The notes under the pieces were generated by a model. The model searched no databases. It was given only the letters and a program-made list of their open reading frames with translations, and was not told the origin of the DNA. 63,827 bases of DNA from Eubacteriales bacterium. GTDB lineage: Bacteria; Bacillota; Clostridia; Oscillospirales; CAG-272. Positions 42,645-52,833 of the stretch are shown piece after piece (position 1 is the first letter of the stretch; each line of letters opens with the position of its first letter). The position numbers and the translations under genes are program-made. The stretch is taken from positions 1 through 63,827 of the forward strand of contig JAZRIJ010000029.1 in the NCBI GenBank assembly GCA_045645205.1, in the 5' to 3' direction.

Positions 42645-43322
42645 ATGTTAGTATTAAAAGGTCTAACGAAAATATATGAAATGGGCGCCAATAAGGTATT
42701 TGCTGTTGACAATATTTCGTTAAGTGTGGAAAAAGGAACTTTTTTATCAGTTGTAGGAAAAAGCGGGTCGGGGAAATCTACTCTACTTCATCTTATCGGA
42801 GGACTTGATGAATCTGACTGTGGACAGATAATTGTAAATGGGGTAGACATATCCAAAATGAGTGAAAGAAAGCTGTCTGTTTTTCGTAGAAAAAATATAG
42901 GTTTTGTGTTTCAATTTTTTAATTTAATCCCCGAACTTTCAGCAAAAGATAATATTTTATTTGCCACGCAGCTTTCGGGCAATTTCTTTGATGAAGAATA
43001 TTATAACAAGCTTATAAGTATTTTAGGTTTATACGAAAGACAGGAGCATTTACCCGAGCAGTTGTCAGGGGGGGAAAAACAGCGTGTTGCGATTGCCAGA
43101 GCTCTTATTACTAAACCTAAACTGTTATTACTGGATGAACCAACAGGGAATCTTGACAGCGAGTCGTCTGAAATTGTTATGTCTATGCTGTTAACATTAA
43201 AAAAACAACTTAAACAAACTGTTGTTATGGTAACTCATGATATGGAGAGCGCAAGTAAGGCTGACAGGATGATTACATTGAAGAACGGAAAAATATTATC
43301 AGACGAAAAAATTTATGGGTAA
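42645..43322 (+). CDS. ABC transporter ATP-binding protein (LolD/MacB type)
   Basis: GKSGSGKST, LSGGEKQR, DEPTGNLD. Confidence 0.9.
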   Translation: MLVLKGLTKIYEMGANKVFAVDNISLSVEKGTFLSVVGKSGSGKSTLLHLIGGLDESDCGQIIVNGVDISKMSERKLSVFRRKNIGFVFQFFNLIPELSAKDNILFATQLSGNFFDEEYYNKLISILGLYERQEHLPEQLSGGEKQRVAIARALITKPKLLLLDEPTGNLDSESSEIVMSMLLTLKKQLKQTVVMVTHDMESASKADRMITLKNGKILSDEKIYG

Positions 43323-43328
43323 AATTTT

Positions 43329-45833
43329 ATGTTAAAAACAATGTTAAAATATACGCTAAAGACATTATTTAGGCGAAAGAAAGCACTTATCGGTGCTGTT
43401 ATAACAATTTCTCTTTGCATTGCTTTGTCTCTGGCGGTTTTTTATACCTTCTTTTCCATTAAATCATCTTATGAGGACTATTTTTTAGAAAATTATGGTG
43501 AGTATACGGGGCTTTTGGCAGTAAATTCGCAGGAATTGTTTAACTTTGCAGAAAAAAGTGATTCTGTAACTGGTTTTGTATATAACCTTGGAGCTGTTTG
43601 TTCACCGAAAAGTATGTACGATTCAAGGCTTTCTGTCGGGTATGTATCAAATGCAAACCAAGATAATTCGCATATTAAAATAACAGAAGGCAGATTGCCA
43701 TGCAATAATAATGAGATTGCGGTTGAAAGATCGTTGGGTGAAAAACTGCTTCTTGATTTATCAGTTGGAAGTACCATTGAGCTTGAACTTTTCTTAAAGT
43801 CAGGAGAAAAAGAAACATTTTTATTAACTGTTGTTGGAACAATAAATGACTATTCCGCTTTGTCCGAAATGCAACAAGATAGTGTGATGGTGTTGCCTTC
43901 GGTTCTTGTGTCGGAGAGTTTTGCCAATGGTATTCAAAACAAGGAAATATACGCTTTTGTTTCGAATATTACATCTAATATGCTGTTGGATACAGCAAAT
44001 GAATACAACACGAATTATTATGTAAATCCAATACATAACAAAGCATCAGCAATGTATGCCATTAGTCAGTCCACAAGTGTAATATTTACAATATTAGCAG
44101 TGTGCGCTTTACTTATCGTGTTTGTAAGTATTTATGCTTATGTAAAAATAAGTGAGCCGGAAATGGCGGAGCATTACAAAAATCTTAAGATTATGGGTGC
44201 GGGCAATGTAGAGCTTATTGTTTTTTTCTTTTTAAGATCATTTGTAATATACTGTATGTCGGTTATATTCGGGACATTGCTCGGTATTTTAAGCAGTTAT
44301 TTGTTTGGTAGATTTATAGCCGTAAAATTTATTAATATATATGATTTTTCATTTTCTCCAATCCCTCTTTTGCTCGGAATAGTGTTGCCCCTTGTTTTTA
44401 TTCTTATTCCTTTAGGAATAAGGTTAATATTTGTTTTAAACAAAAAACCTTTTCAGACAGATTCTGCACTGATATATTATGAAAACAGAAATTTGAATAT
44501 AAGAAATATTCTATCTAAGTGGTTTGCAGTATCATTCCTAAACAGCAAAAAAACATATATCGGTCTTGCATTTACAATGAGTTTTTGCTTTTTTACTGTT
44601 TTTATTGGAGCAATGTTCAATTATACGATTAGGGATGAATATGAAAAAGATTTTTTTGATGATTATTCAATAAATGCATATGATGGAAATTTTGCAACCT
44701 CTTTTGAACTGCCTTTACTTCCATATTACGGTGTTACGGACGGTTTGATTGAAGAATTAAAAAGTATCGATAATGTTTCACAGGTATCAACAATAAAGGA
44801 ATTGACGGTAATTGTTGAGGATACTTCAAAAAATACGGCATTGAAAAATTTTTTTGGGAAAAGTATCCGAGAATTTAGTATATCAATGAATGATTTTGAT
44901 TATATTACATCAGCCTTTGGATTGAATTATGATAGTGAATACTACAAAACCAGTTTAGCCGAGATTGACGATCATTTGCTCACAGAACTTATATCTTACG
45001 ACAATATATTAGGAAATCCTACCATAGACAATTTGAAATCGGGGAACGAAATTATAATAGTATGTTTTGATACTGACTATTGTCCGTATAAGCCCGGGGA
45101 TACTGTAAATTTGTTTCAGGCTTTATCTAATGATTCAAGTTATTTTTCTGTGGAAAATTGTGATATTTTAAATATTGCGGTAAAAGTAAATTCTGTGGTT
45201 GAAATAAATGACAGACACTCATATTTGGGTGAAAAGCTTTTTGCGGGTTCGGGGATGAAATGCATCTTTGGAGAAGGTTCGTTTGAGAAGAATGGATTTA
45301 TGCTGAACAACAGAAATGTTTATGTTAATCTTGACAATAAATATCACCACGATGATGTAGATGAAATTTTGGTTAAAATAAAAACTGCACTTCCAAATTC
45401 AAAAATTACTTCTAAAATTGAAACTGAGACCGAGAAACAAGCACTGCTTAATTCAATTAACCTATCTGTGTGGTGTCTTGTGGCTTTTGTTTGGATTATA
45501 TGTATGTTTGTATATATTAATATTATAAACAGCAAGTATCATTCGCAAAAGCGGTTATGGGGAGTACTGCGAGCTATGGGAGTAAAAAGGAGAAATGTTA
45601 TAGTTAATCATATTTGTGAAACGTTTATTGTTTGTTTAACGGCAGTGGCATTTAATCTTTTGTTTATAGCTTTAGTAAAATTGCTTCCGGTGAGAAACGA
45701 TATTCCGTTATTTACACCTCAGTTATTAATTGCATATTTAATTAGTATTATTATTTCATGTGTTGGAACCTTGCCTTCTGTATTGAAGATTTTTAAACCT
45801 AATATAATTGAGCAGATAGAATATATAGATTAA
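43329..45833 (+). CDS. FtsX-like ABC permease with two repeats
   Basis: Two TM clusters with LKIMG and LRAMG motifs; visibly AT-rich. Confidence 0.82.
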   Translation: MLKTMLKYTLKTLFRRKKALIGAVITISLCIALSLAVFYTFFSIKSSYEDYFLENYGEYTGLLAVNSQELFNFAEKSDSVTGFVYNLGAVCSPKSMYDSRLSVGYVSNANQDNSHIKITEGRLPCNNNEIAVERSLGEKLLLDLSVGSTIELELFLKSGEKETFLLTVVGTINDYSALSEMQQDSVMVLPSVLVSESFANGIQNKEIYAFVSNITSNMLLDTANEYNTNYYVNPIHNKASAMYAISQSTSVIFTILAVCALLIVFVSIYAYVKISEPEMAEHYKNLKIMGAGNVELIVFFFLRSFVIYCMSVIFGTLLGILSSYLFGRFIAVKFINIYDFSFSPIPLLLGIVLPLVFILIPLGIRLIFVLNKKPFQTDSALIYYENRNLNIRNILSKWFAVSFLNSKKTYIGLAFTMSFCFFTVFIGAMFNYTIRDEYEKDFFDDYSINAYDGNFATSFELPLLPYYGVTDGLIEELKSIDNVSQVSTIKELTVIVEDTSKNTALKNFFGKSIREFSISMNDFDYITSAFGLNYDSEYYKTSLAEIDDHLLTELISYDNILGNPTIDNLKSGNEIIIVCFDTDYCPYKPGDTVNLFQALSNDSSYFSVENCDILNIAVKVNSVVEINDRHSYLGEKLFAGSGMKCIFGEGSFEKNGFMLNNRNVYVNLDNKYHHDDVDEILVKIKTALPNSKITSKIETETEKQALLNSINLSVWCLVAFVWIICMFVYINIINSKYHSQKRLWGVLRAMGVKRRNVIVNHICETFIVCLTAVAFNLLFIALVKLLPVRNDIPLFTPQLLIAYLISIIISCVGTLPSVLKIFKPNIIEQIEYID

Positions 45834-45903
45834 TTAATAATGCTGTAAGCAGTTTAAAACCGCTTACAGCATTTATAACAATATGATATTAAAGTATTTT
45901 AGG

Positions 45904-46437
45904 TCAAAGTTTGAGCATATCAATAATATTTGCCTTTTTCATTATCCGTATAACTATCACTGACATAGTAATACCTATAATTGCCTGCACGCAGTTTGCA
46001 GGAATGTTAAGAACCGACGCTCCGAAGCTTCCGTGAAGTATTCCGTCATAGAGAAAAAAACCGGCTATCATTACAAGCTCGCCTGCAAGTCCTGCAAGGG
46101 TAACGGGTACAATATTGTAGCTGTCTTTTTCTTTGGACAGGAGGCGGTATACAAAAAATGCAATCAGGGCGGACAGGAACTTAAATATAAATGTTCCCAA
46201 AGCATGATCGAGATGTCCCATAAACAAGTCTCCGAATGCGGCGCCCATACCTGCCGCAATGGGACCGTACAATGGGCCGAGCAACACCCCCGATATAAGC
46301 ACCACGCCGTCGCTCGGACTTATGCAGCCGTGAGGAGAGCCTGGAAAATGGGTATGCAAAGCGACTGCCGCTATACATGTCAAAGCGGCAAAAAGCGCTG
46401 CAATTATCATTTTTTTGATATGTTGGTTTGTTCTCAT
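45904..46437 (-). CDS. ECF transporter S-component (HmpT/PdxU2-like), His-rich paralogue
   Basis: AALFAAL (AxxxA), GxLLGP, predicted six TM helices; start set at the ATG at 46437. Confidence 0.8.
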   Translation of the reverse strand: MRTNQHIKKMIIAALFAALTCIAAVALHTHFPGSPHGCISPSDGVVLISGVLLGPLYGPIAAGMGAAFGDLFMGHLDHALGTFIFKFLSALIAFFVYRLLSKEKDSYNIVPVTLAGLAGELVMIAGFFLYDGILHGSFGASVLNIPANCVQAIIGITMSVIVIRIMKKANIIDMLKL

Positions 46438-46524
46438 AAAAAGTATACCTCTTGACCTATCATGCAAAATATTATATACTATAATTGTAGAAAATGCAAG
46501 AAAAAAACGGAGTATTTTGTCAGA

Positions 46525-47613
46525 ATGAAGTATAAAATTGATACCAAATCCGAAAAAAGTGCATACTTACAGCTATATGAACAGTTAAAAACCGACATCA
46601 TAAACGGCGCGTATACATATCAAACTAAAATACCGTCAAAGCGTTTACTTGCTGAGGAAACAGGTGTAAGCGTTATAACCGTTGAGCATGCCTATTCGCT
46701 GTTGTGCGATGAAGGGTATATAGAGTCAAGGGAGAGAAGCGGATATTTTGTTATCTTCAGTGAGTCTGAATATTTTACTCACTCGAAAATTGATGATAAA
46801 AGCTTTAGAAAACAGAGATTTGCGGAAACAGAAGTACAGTCGGATTTTCCGTTTTCGGTTATAGCAAAGACTATGCGTAAGGTTTTAGCTGAATACGGCG
46901 AGGAGATACTCAAAAAAGCGCCGAACTGCGGTTGCAACGATCTTAGAATTGCTATTTCGCGGTATCTTTCGAGAAGCCGGGGTATAGAGGCTGATTATAA
47001 GCAGATCATTATTGGATCGGGCGCGGAGTATTTGTATGGTCTTATAATAGAAATGTTGGGGCGGGAACGTATTTACGCTATAGAAGACCCTTCATATGAA
47101 AAAATTGAAATGGTGTACAGGGCAGGCGGCGTAAAGTGTGAGATGCTTGCTTTGGGTACAGATGGAATAAAAAGTATATGTCTTGCAAAAACAAATGCAT
47201 CAGTTTTACATATAACTCCTTATAGAAGTTTTCCGAGCGGTGTTACGGCATCTGCGCCAAAACGTATGGAATATCTGCGGTGGGCAGAAAAGTGCGGCGG
47301 TTACATAGTTGAAGATGATTTTGAGTCGGAGTTTACATTGTCCCAAAAACCCGAAGAGACTGTATTTTCTATGTCAGACAAAGATAATGTTATATATCTG
47401 AATACCTTTTCCAAAACAGTATGTCCTGCCGTAAGAGTTGGATATATGGTGTTGCCAATGAGACTTGTGGAGGTTTTTGAAAAAACAGTAGGCTTCTATT
47501 CCTGTACCGTACCCACGTTTGAACAATACGTTCTGGCGGAGCTTATCTCAAGCGGCGATTTTGAACGCCATATCAACCGTGTCAGACGAAAGAAACGAAA
47601 GGAACAAGAATAA
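46525..47613 (+). CDS. MocR/GabR-family (PdxR-like) GntR-PLP regulator, short form
   Basis: KIPSKRLLA winged HTH, IVEDDF, FSKT PLP Lys. Confidence 0.85.
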   Translation: MKYKIDTKSEKSAYLQLYEQLKTDIINGAYTYQTKIPSKRLLAEETGVSVITVEHAYSLLCDEGYIESRERSGYFVIFSESEYFTHSKIDDKSFRKQRFAETEVQSDFPFSVIAKTMRKVLAEYGEEILKKAPNCGCNDLRIAISRYLSRSRGIEADYKQIIIGSGAEYLYGLIIEMLGRERIYAIEDPSYEKIEMVYRAGGVKCEMLALGTDGIKSICLAKTNASVLHITPYRSFPSGVTASAPKRMEYLRWAEKCGGYIVEDDFESEFTLSQKPEETVFSMSDKDNVIYLNTFSKTVCPAVRVGYMVLPMRLVEVFEKTVGFYSCTVPTFEQYVLAELISSGDFERHINRVRRKKRKEQE

Positions 47614-47692
47614 TAGCAAAACGGTGTGTAAGAAATTAATTTTCTCATACACACCGTTTTTTATTGAAGATTGTATTTTTAAAATCGGTATA

Positions 47693-48223
47693 TTATAAGC
47701 TAACTCTAGAAATAAGCTTTGCTTTTTTGAAGATCTGCAAAAGGATAACCGAAAGTACAACACCCGCTATGCCTTGAGCTATGTTACCGGGAACGCTTGC
47801 CAATGCCGCCGCAATGTTAATGCCCGGCAAAGCTGCTTCGTATACAACATAGCCTGAAACCATTACTATTTCACCCAAAACTGCGCCGACTGTAAGGGGT
47901 ACAAGGTTATATTTGGAGGTTTTACCCGAAAGCACTTTGTATATAAGGCAGGCAGTCAAGGCTGTCAGACCCTTTATAACAAAGGTTCCAGGAATATATA
48001 TGAAATATCCGCCAAAAAGATCAGCCAGTCCCGAGCCTATGGCTGCAGCCAAAGTTCCGTATACGGGACCTAACAAAAATCCTGAAACAAGCACTATGCA
48101 GTCGCCAAGGTTAACATATCCATTTGTGGGAGAGGGAATGCGTATAACCATAGTCGCAACGCAGGTCAATGCTGCAAAAAGGGCTGTAAATATTATTTTC
48201 TTTAAAGTAATGTTTTTTGCCAT
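47693..48223 (-). CDS. ECF transporter S-component (HmpT/PdxU2-like)
   Basis: TALFAAL, GYVNLGD, GSGLAD, PGTFVIKG. Confidence 0.83.
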   Translation of the reverse strand: MAKNITLKKIIFTALFAALTCVATMVIRIPSPTNGYVNLGDCIVLVSGFLLGPVYGTLAAAIGSGLADLFGGYFIYIPGTFVIKGLTALTACLIYKVLSGKTSKYNLVPLTVGAVLGEIVMVSGYVVYEAALPGINIAAALASVPGNIAQGIAGVVLSVILLQIFKKAKLISRVSL

Positions 48224-48381
48224 ATAGAACACCTCTTTCGTCTTATGCACTCGATTTTATATTATATTTGGTTATATTAAAATATTCAGATTAGGATTTT
48301 TTTATAATACCAGATTTTGCACGAATAAGAAAAACAGACACTGTGTTTTAAAAATTACAGTGTCCGTTTTGTGTTTTGGCT

Positions 48382-49173
48382 CTATATTTTTCTATATTCT
48401 GTTATTAGAAATTCTACCCTTGTGGTGAGACTGTTAAGTTCATCAAGTTTTTGCCTATCTGCTACCGAAGTATTATAATAATAAGGTGTCATCTTAAAAA
48501 GCGAAATAATATCTTCATTATTTTTAAGGGTTATTTTGTATTTAACCTCTTTTGTTGAATTAATAACGAAACCGTATCTTTCGGGATTAACGTATGAGTT
48601 CTTATAGGGGGTATCATACACGGTATTTTTTAATTCCATAAGATGATTTTTCATAGGTGTTACCATTATAAGCCGACCGTTTGGCTTAAGGACACGCAAA
48701 AATTCTGTCTGACTGTCGGGAGCAAATATGTTTATAACCGTGTCAAAAGCTTCATTCAAAAATGGCAATTCATATATACTTGCAACAGCAAAGTATGCAT
48801 TTTTGCATTTTCTTGATGCAACCTTAAGCGCCTCTTTAGACACATCAATGCCGTAAACTGTGTTGTTTTCGGAAAAAACGCTTGTATAATATCCTTCGCC
48901 GCATCCTGCATCAAGTACAATATTGTCTTGTCCTAAAATATTATTAACCTCTGTGCGCATAGGTAAATAATAGTCTTTTTCAAGAAAATGCTGTCTTGCC
49001 TGTACCATAAGCTTATCGTCGCCGTGATTTCCTTGCTTATTTGACATAAGCAGGTTTACATATCCTTGTTTAGCTTTGTCGAAATTGTGGTTATTGGGGC
49101 AAATAAGGCTTTTTTCGTTTTGCTGCAAAATATTTTTGCATACGGGGCAGGTAAATAATGTTTGGTTTGACAT
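48382..49173 (-). CDS. rlmA: 23S rRNA m1G745/748 methyltransferase (RlmA)
   Basis: CPVC...CPNNHNFD Zn finger, LDAGCGEGYY, MTPY. Confidence 0.85.
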   Translation of the reverse strand: MSNQTLFTCPVCKNILQQNEKSLICPNNHNFDKAKQGYVNLLMSNKQGNHGDDKLMVQARQHFLEKDYYLPMRTEVNNILGQDNIVLDAGCGEGYYTSVFSENNTVYGIDVSKEALKVASRKCKNAYFAVASIYELPFLNEAFDTVINIFAPDSQTEFLRVLKPNGRLIMVTPMKNHLMELKNTVYDTPYKNSYVNPERYGFVINSTKEVKYKITLKNNEDIISLFKMTPYYYNTSVADRQKLDELNSLTTRVEFLITEYRKI

Positions 49174-49187
49174 AATAAACCTCTGAA

Positions 49188-50315
49188 TTATTTTATATCA
49201 ATATCGATACCGTTGACCTCGACACCGCCCTCGGCGCGTATCATGATATATTTTATGCCGTTTATCGTCTGGGTGGAAACAAGGTCTTTTTTTTCGGGAT
49301 TAACTTTTATGGTAACGTCAGGCGTTTCAAGTTCAAATTTTTTAATATCAACAATGCTTTTTGGAGAAATTTCTGCGTTCTTGCCAAACTGTTCATCAAA
49401 CCTTGTGCCGAAGTCTTCGATTTTTTCCTCACCTATACCGCAATATTGCAGAACGGTTTTAAGTGTATCCTTTGAAAGAGAAAAAGGTTCATCATCATTT
49501 GAGTTTTTGTGTTCTTCGATAAGTTCGGCAACCTGATCGTGTACGGTTTTTACTACCTCAAAATCACATTCTCCTGTAAGTGTATCTTTCAGACAGCTTC
49601 CGAAATTCTCTTTTTGTTCCGCTACCGACATAGGAAGGTCTACATTAAACATATTTTGTATAAAGTCGGGGTAAACATTTGAAATATCGTGGGTGTAGTA
49701 AAGAGCGCTGTAGATATTTGCCGCTCTGTTGTCAAAGGCGGGGAACATAAAGCCAAGCTCGGCAGCGCCGAGAACAGTTTGAAGAGATACTGAACGGAGA
49801 AGATTTTCATCATTCTTGAAGTAAAGTCCTGTGGTGAGAGGCTTTATGGGGCAAATACTGCATATTATGTAGGAGAACATCTGGGACGAAGCATCGTCTT
49901 TGTTTCCGCTTTTGGAATATGTAAAAACATCATAAGTGTCATAGGCTATAAGTATTGCAAAACCGCCGTCAAATTTGACGCTGTCTATAACCTTTGTATA
50001 AAAATTATTTAACGCTTCTTCGTCTTTAAGACCCGAAGATCGCAAAGTTGAAAGAAGTCCGTGTTCATCACTGCTTTCAACCTGTTTTGTGCTGAAATTG
50101 AGGGTGAGAAGATTCGTTCCCAGCGAGCCGGAAATAGACCTTTTCATTATAGCAAGAAGTTTTTCAGATTCTTCTGTAGATATTGTCGCCAATGGTTGTG
50201 AAAAGCGGGAAACAATATTTTTTTGTGAATTAACTATACAGCCTTGTATATTTGTAATATTATTTTTATCGGGGCGGAATCGCCTGCGTATTTCACGTAA
50301 ATCTTTATCTGTCAT
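49188..50315 (-). CDS. DUF4317 family protein
   Basis: EIRRRF, YIICSICP, GFMFPAF, VEVNGI motifs typical of the family (recalled, not searched). Confidence 0.75.
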   Translation of the reverse strand: MTDKDLREIRRRFRPDKNNITNIQGCIVNSQKNIVSRFSQPLATISTEESEKLLAIMKRSISGSLGTNLLTLNFSTKQVESSDEHGLLSTLRSSGLKDEEALNNFYTKVIDSVKFDGGFAILIAYDTYDVFTYSKSGNKDDASSQMFSYIICSICPIKPLTTGLYFKNDENLLRSVSLQTVLGAAELGFMFPAFDNRAANIYSALYYTHDISNVYPDFIQNMFNVDLPMSVAEQKENFGSCLKDTLTGECDFEVVKTVHDQVAELIEEHKNSNDDEPFSLSKDTLKTVLQYCGIGEEKIEDFGTRFDEQFGKNAEISPKSIVDIKKFELETPDVTIKVNPEKKDLVSTQTINGIKYIMIRAEGGVEVNGIDIDIK

Positions 50316-50580
50316 AATTATTCTCCCGAAATTTTAAGTAATTTATTATAACATTATTCGACATTGAAAACAATAGCAATATTTAAAAATATAAATTATT
50401 ATTTTTTGGGGGATATACGAAAAAAATAAATGGAGCTTTTGAAAAAAGCTCCATCTTAAATTTGTAACAAATTACATTTTTGAAATGTTTAACTTCCGAG
50501 GTGCTATAAAAAACTACCATAGATTTTTTTATCGGTCTATGGTAGTTTTTATATTCAACCGTAATATTTCTATTAAAAAT

Positions 50581-51419
50581 TTATACAGTGAATTTGTAAT
50601 CTTTTATAAGATTTGTTTCTACTCCGTCATTGCCTGAGGTGAGTACATACAGATTAAATGTATATTCTTTTCCTCTTATAAAACATATGTCTCCAAGATC
50701 AAGCTTTGTCAAGTCATATTCTCTCAAGTGATAATTTGTAGGTGTTCTCAAATTTGCCATAACTACATTGCCGGGACAATCGTATGTCTTTTCTCCGTCA
50801 TCTATAACAGCTCTTACTGAGATAATCTGTCTGTTTGATTTAACCCAACCAAAGAATACTACGTCTGCAAATCTAAAGCTGCTTACATATGTATCTTCTT
50901 CAACATATGCGCCTTCCTGGGTAAGTTCAGAAATTGAAATAGGAAGAGAACCTTCTGCTACAAGGTGATTAAAATTATATTGCACTTCGTGGAAAGAGGA
51001 TTTGTTTTCTTCTTTGATAAAACGGTTAGATGAACCGCCCGCCTGGTCAAGAATAGTGATATAGCTCTTTTCCATATCATATACTTGTTCACCGTTCTCA
51101 TCGATGGTAAATTCAACATGAGGCACATCGATTACAAGACGTACATGACGTCCGTTTCCGTCGGTTTTTCTGATATATGTAACAGCATCGCCGGGCTTAA
51201 GCTGTGAATATGCTTTAGCCATTACCTGCGGACCGTTAACTCTGGTCATTTCCTGTGTATTGTCATCATAAGTGTTTGAATAATCATATTCGCCAACGGC
51301 TACAACACCAGTATTCTTGCCGGGGTTAAAACAAATAAATGTCTCTTTGGGTGTCCATTCAATAGTCGCCATTTTTTCATATAGTCAACGACTTTTTGGC
51401 GAAGTGCTTGTTCGTTCAT
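50581..51419 (-). pseudogene. Hypothetical protein with a frameshift near its 5' end
   Basis: AAAGGAG RBS and ATG at 51419 (MNEQALRQKVVDYMK) are out of frame with the 263-aa ORF across an A6 run at 51372-51377. Confidence 0.55.
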
Positions 51420-51751
51420 CTTTTTTTATCTCCTTTAAAAAGATATTTTATACTCTAACTATTTTACTTTATTATATTGGGGTTTGTCAATGAAATCATA
51501 GATAACCTATCCTTTTTGGGCGTGTTTTGTTTCAAAATGCTCTATTAGGAAATGTTGCTTAAATTAAAAACAACAGCTTTTTAAAAATTATTAATAAACA
51601 TTATCCTCATTTTTATAATTGTACCATACCGTAAATGAGTTTGTCAACACTACTTTTTGATGAGTATGTTGTTTTTATGAAAAAATTTTGACTAAAAACA
51701 GCATATTTTTGACCTATACATAGCAAAAAGCGAAGTGAATTTCACTCCGCT

Positions 51752-52438
51752 TTATATATTTCCGTATGAGTTATTTGTAAGACTTGTTTTGCCGAAAAAG
51801 TTTTCATTTGGGAAATGCGTTTCTCGCCATTTCGGGTTATATTTATCTGTATACTTCGAAAAGCTCCACGCTTTTTCGCTTACAGAGCCTTTGCTCATAT
51901 GCATTCTTTGAGCAAAATTATAACTTGCATAGTATACAACAAAGAATGACAGCGTATCTGCAAACTGATTATAATCATCTAACAGATAAAGTTTGTGAGT
52001 GTATTTATAATCATTGACCGAAAGATAAGTTTCTATCAAAGCAATTTGCATAGTGCCTTGGTAAATTGAAACATAGTTAAATGAGCCACGCGACAAACAA
52101 TAGCAGTGAAAGATTTCTCCGTTATCCAAAGCAATAACATAAAAACTTTTAAGAAAACCGTGTTTTGAAAATACAATACTTCCGTACATGTTGTCGTTTT
52201 TATAAAGGTGGAAAACTCTTGTTAGGTTTGCTTCACCAAACAAATAACGCAACGGTATATAGTTAACCCATTTGGAAATATTGTAAACACCTTTAATTGT
52301 GTTTTCATTATTGGAAAGTTTTATAGATTGCAAACGGCTGATACTACCTGCATCACCGCTATAATAAAAATTATCGCCCTCAATATCGTAGGATTGTTTA
52401 ATGTTAGATGCAGTTTGGGAAATTTTAATAATCATCAA
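51752..52438 (-). CDS. Hypothetical cargo protein, beta-rich, possibly LURP/tubby-like
   Basis: 228-aa ORF with RBS, its own TTTACT-N17-TATAAT promoter and a terminator. Confidence 0.7.
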   Translation of the reverse strand: MMIIKISQTASNIKQSYDIEGDNFYYSGDAGSISRLQSIKLSNNENTIKGVYNISKWVNYIPLRYLFGEANLTRVFHLYKNDNMYGSIVFSKHGFLKSFYVIALDNGEIFHCYCLSRGSFNYVSIYQGTMQIALIETYLSVNDYKYTHKLYLLDDYNQFADTLSFFVVYYASYNFAQRMHMSKGSVSEKAWSFSKYTDKYNPKWRETHFPNENFFGKTSLTNNSYGNI

Positions 52439-52547
52439 ATCACCGCCTTTAAATTATTATAACACAACCACTCTAAAAAGTAAATCTCGGCAGTATAAAT
52501 CTCCTCAAAATACAGATAATAACAACACAATTTGAAAATTTTGTGAT

Positions 52548-52620
52548 GTAGGGCGGTGCCTTGGTGCCGCCGCCAAAACTCGTACAAAACGAAAACGGCG
52601 GGAGCAAGCCCCCGCCCTAC
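52548..52620. repeat. GTAG-type REP doublet (REPIN-like)
   Basis: GTAGGGCGG...CCGCCCTAC inverted ends, each half with its own hairpin; absent from the otherwise matching copy at 54719-54785. Confidence 0.7.
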
Positions 52621-52650
52621 GATATATTTGTAATAAGGAGAAGTGTATAT

Positions 52651-52725
52651 ATGAAAGCAACAGGAATTGTTCGTAGAATAGAGGGATGCGTTATAATAGG
52701 GCAAAAGTTGAGTAAGGCCTTATAA
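52651..52725 (+). pseudogene. Orphan spoVT 5' fragment (MKATGIVRRI) fused to 14 unrelated codons
   Basis: First 10 aa identical to SpoVT, with 3 synonymous codon differences; same promoter and RBS. Confidence 0.85.
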
Positions 52726-52833
52726 ACACCGGGTTTTTGGACGATTTGTAAAGAAAAAATTTTGACAAAAAAACAGCGTATTTTGACCTATACATATCAA
52801 AAGCGAGGGGATCCACCTCGCTTTTTAATGTTA

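Larger units (their letters stand above)
51679..52682. mobile_element. Putative spoVT-associated cassette 1 (left end truncated)
   Basis: Left-end block 51679-51753 resembles 52753-52826; right end carries a copy of the spoVT promoter and first 10 codons. Confidence 0.7.

Noticed and set aside
51420-51678. A third spoVT 5' copy at the left of cassette 1
   Set aside because: I looked for the promoter block and ATGAAAGCAAC and found neither; the left end appears deleted
52435-52704. 89-aa minus-strand ORF
   Set aside because: It runs antisense through the REP doublet and spoVT promoter copy; likely spurious
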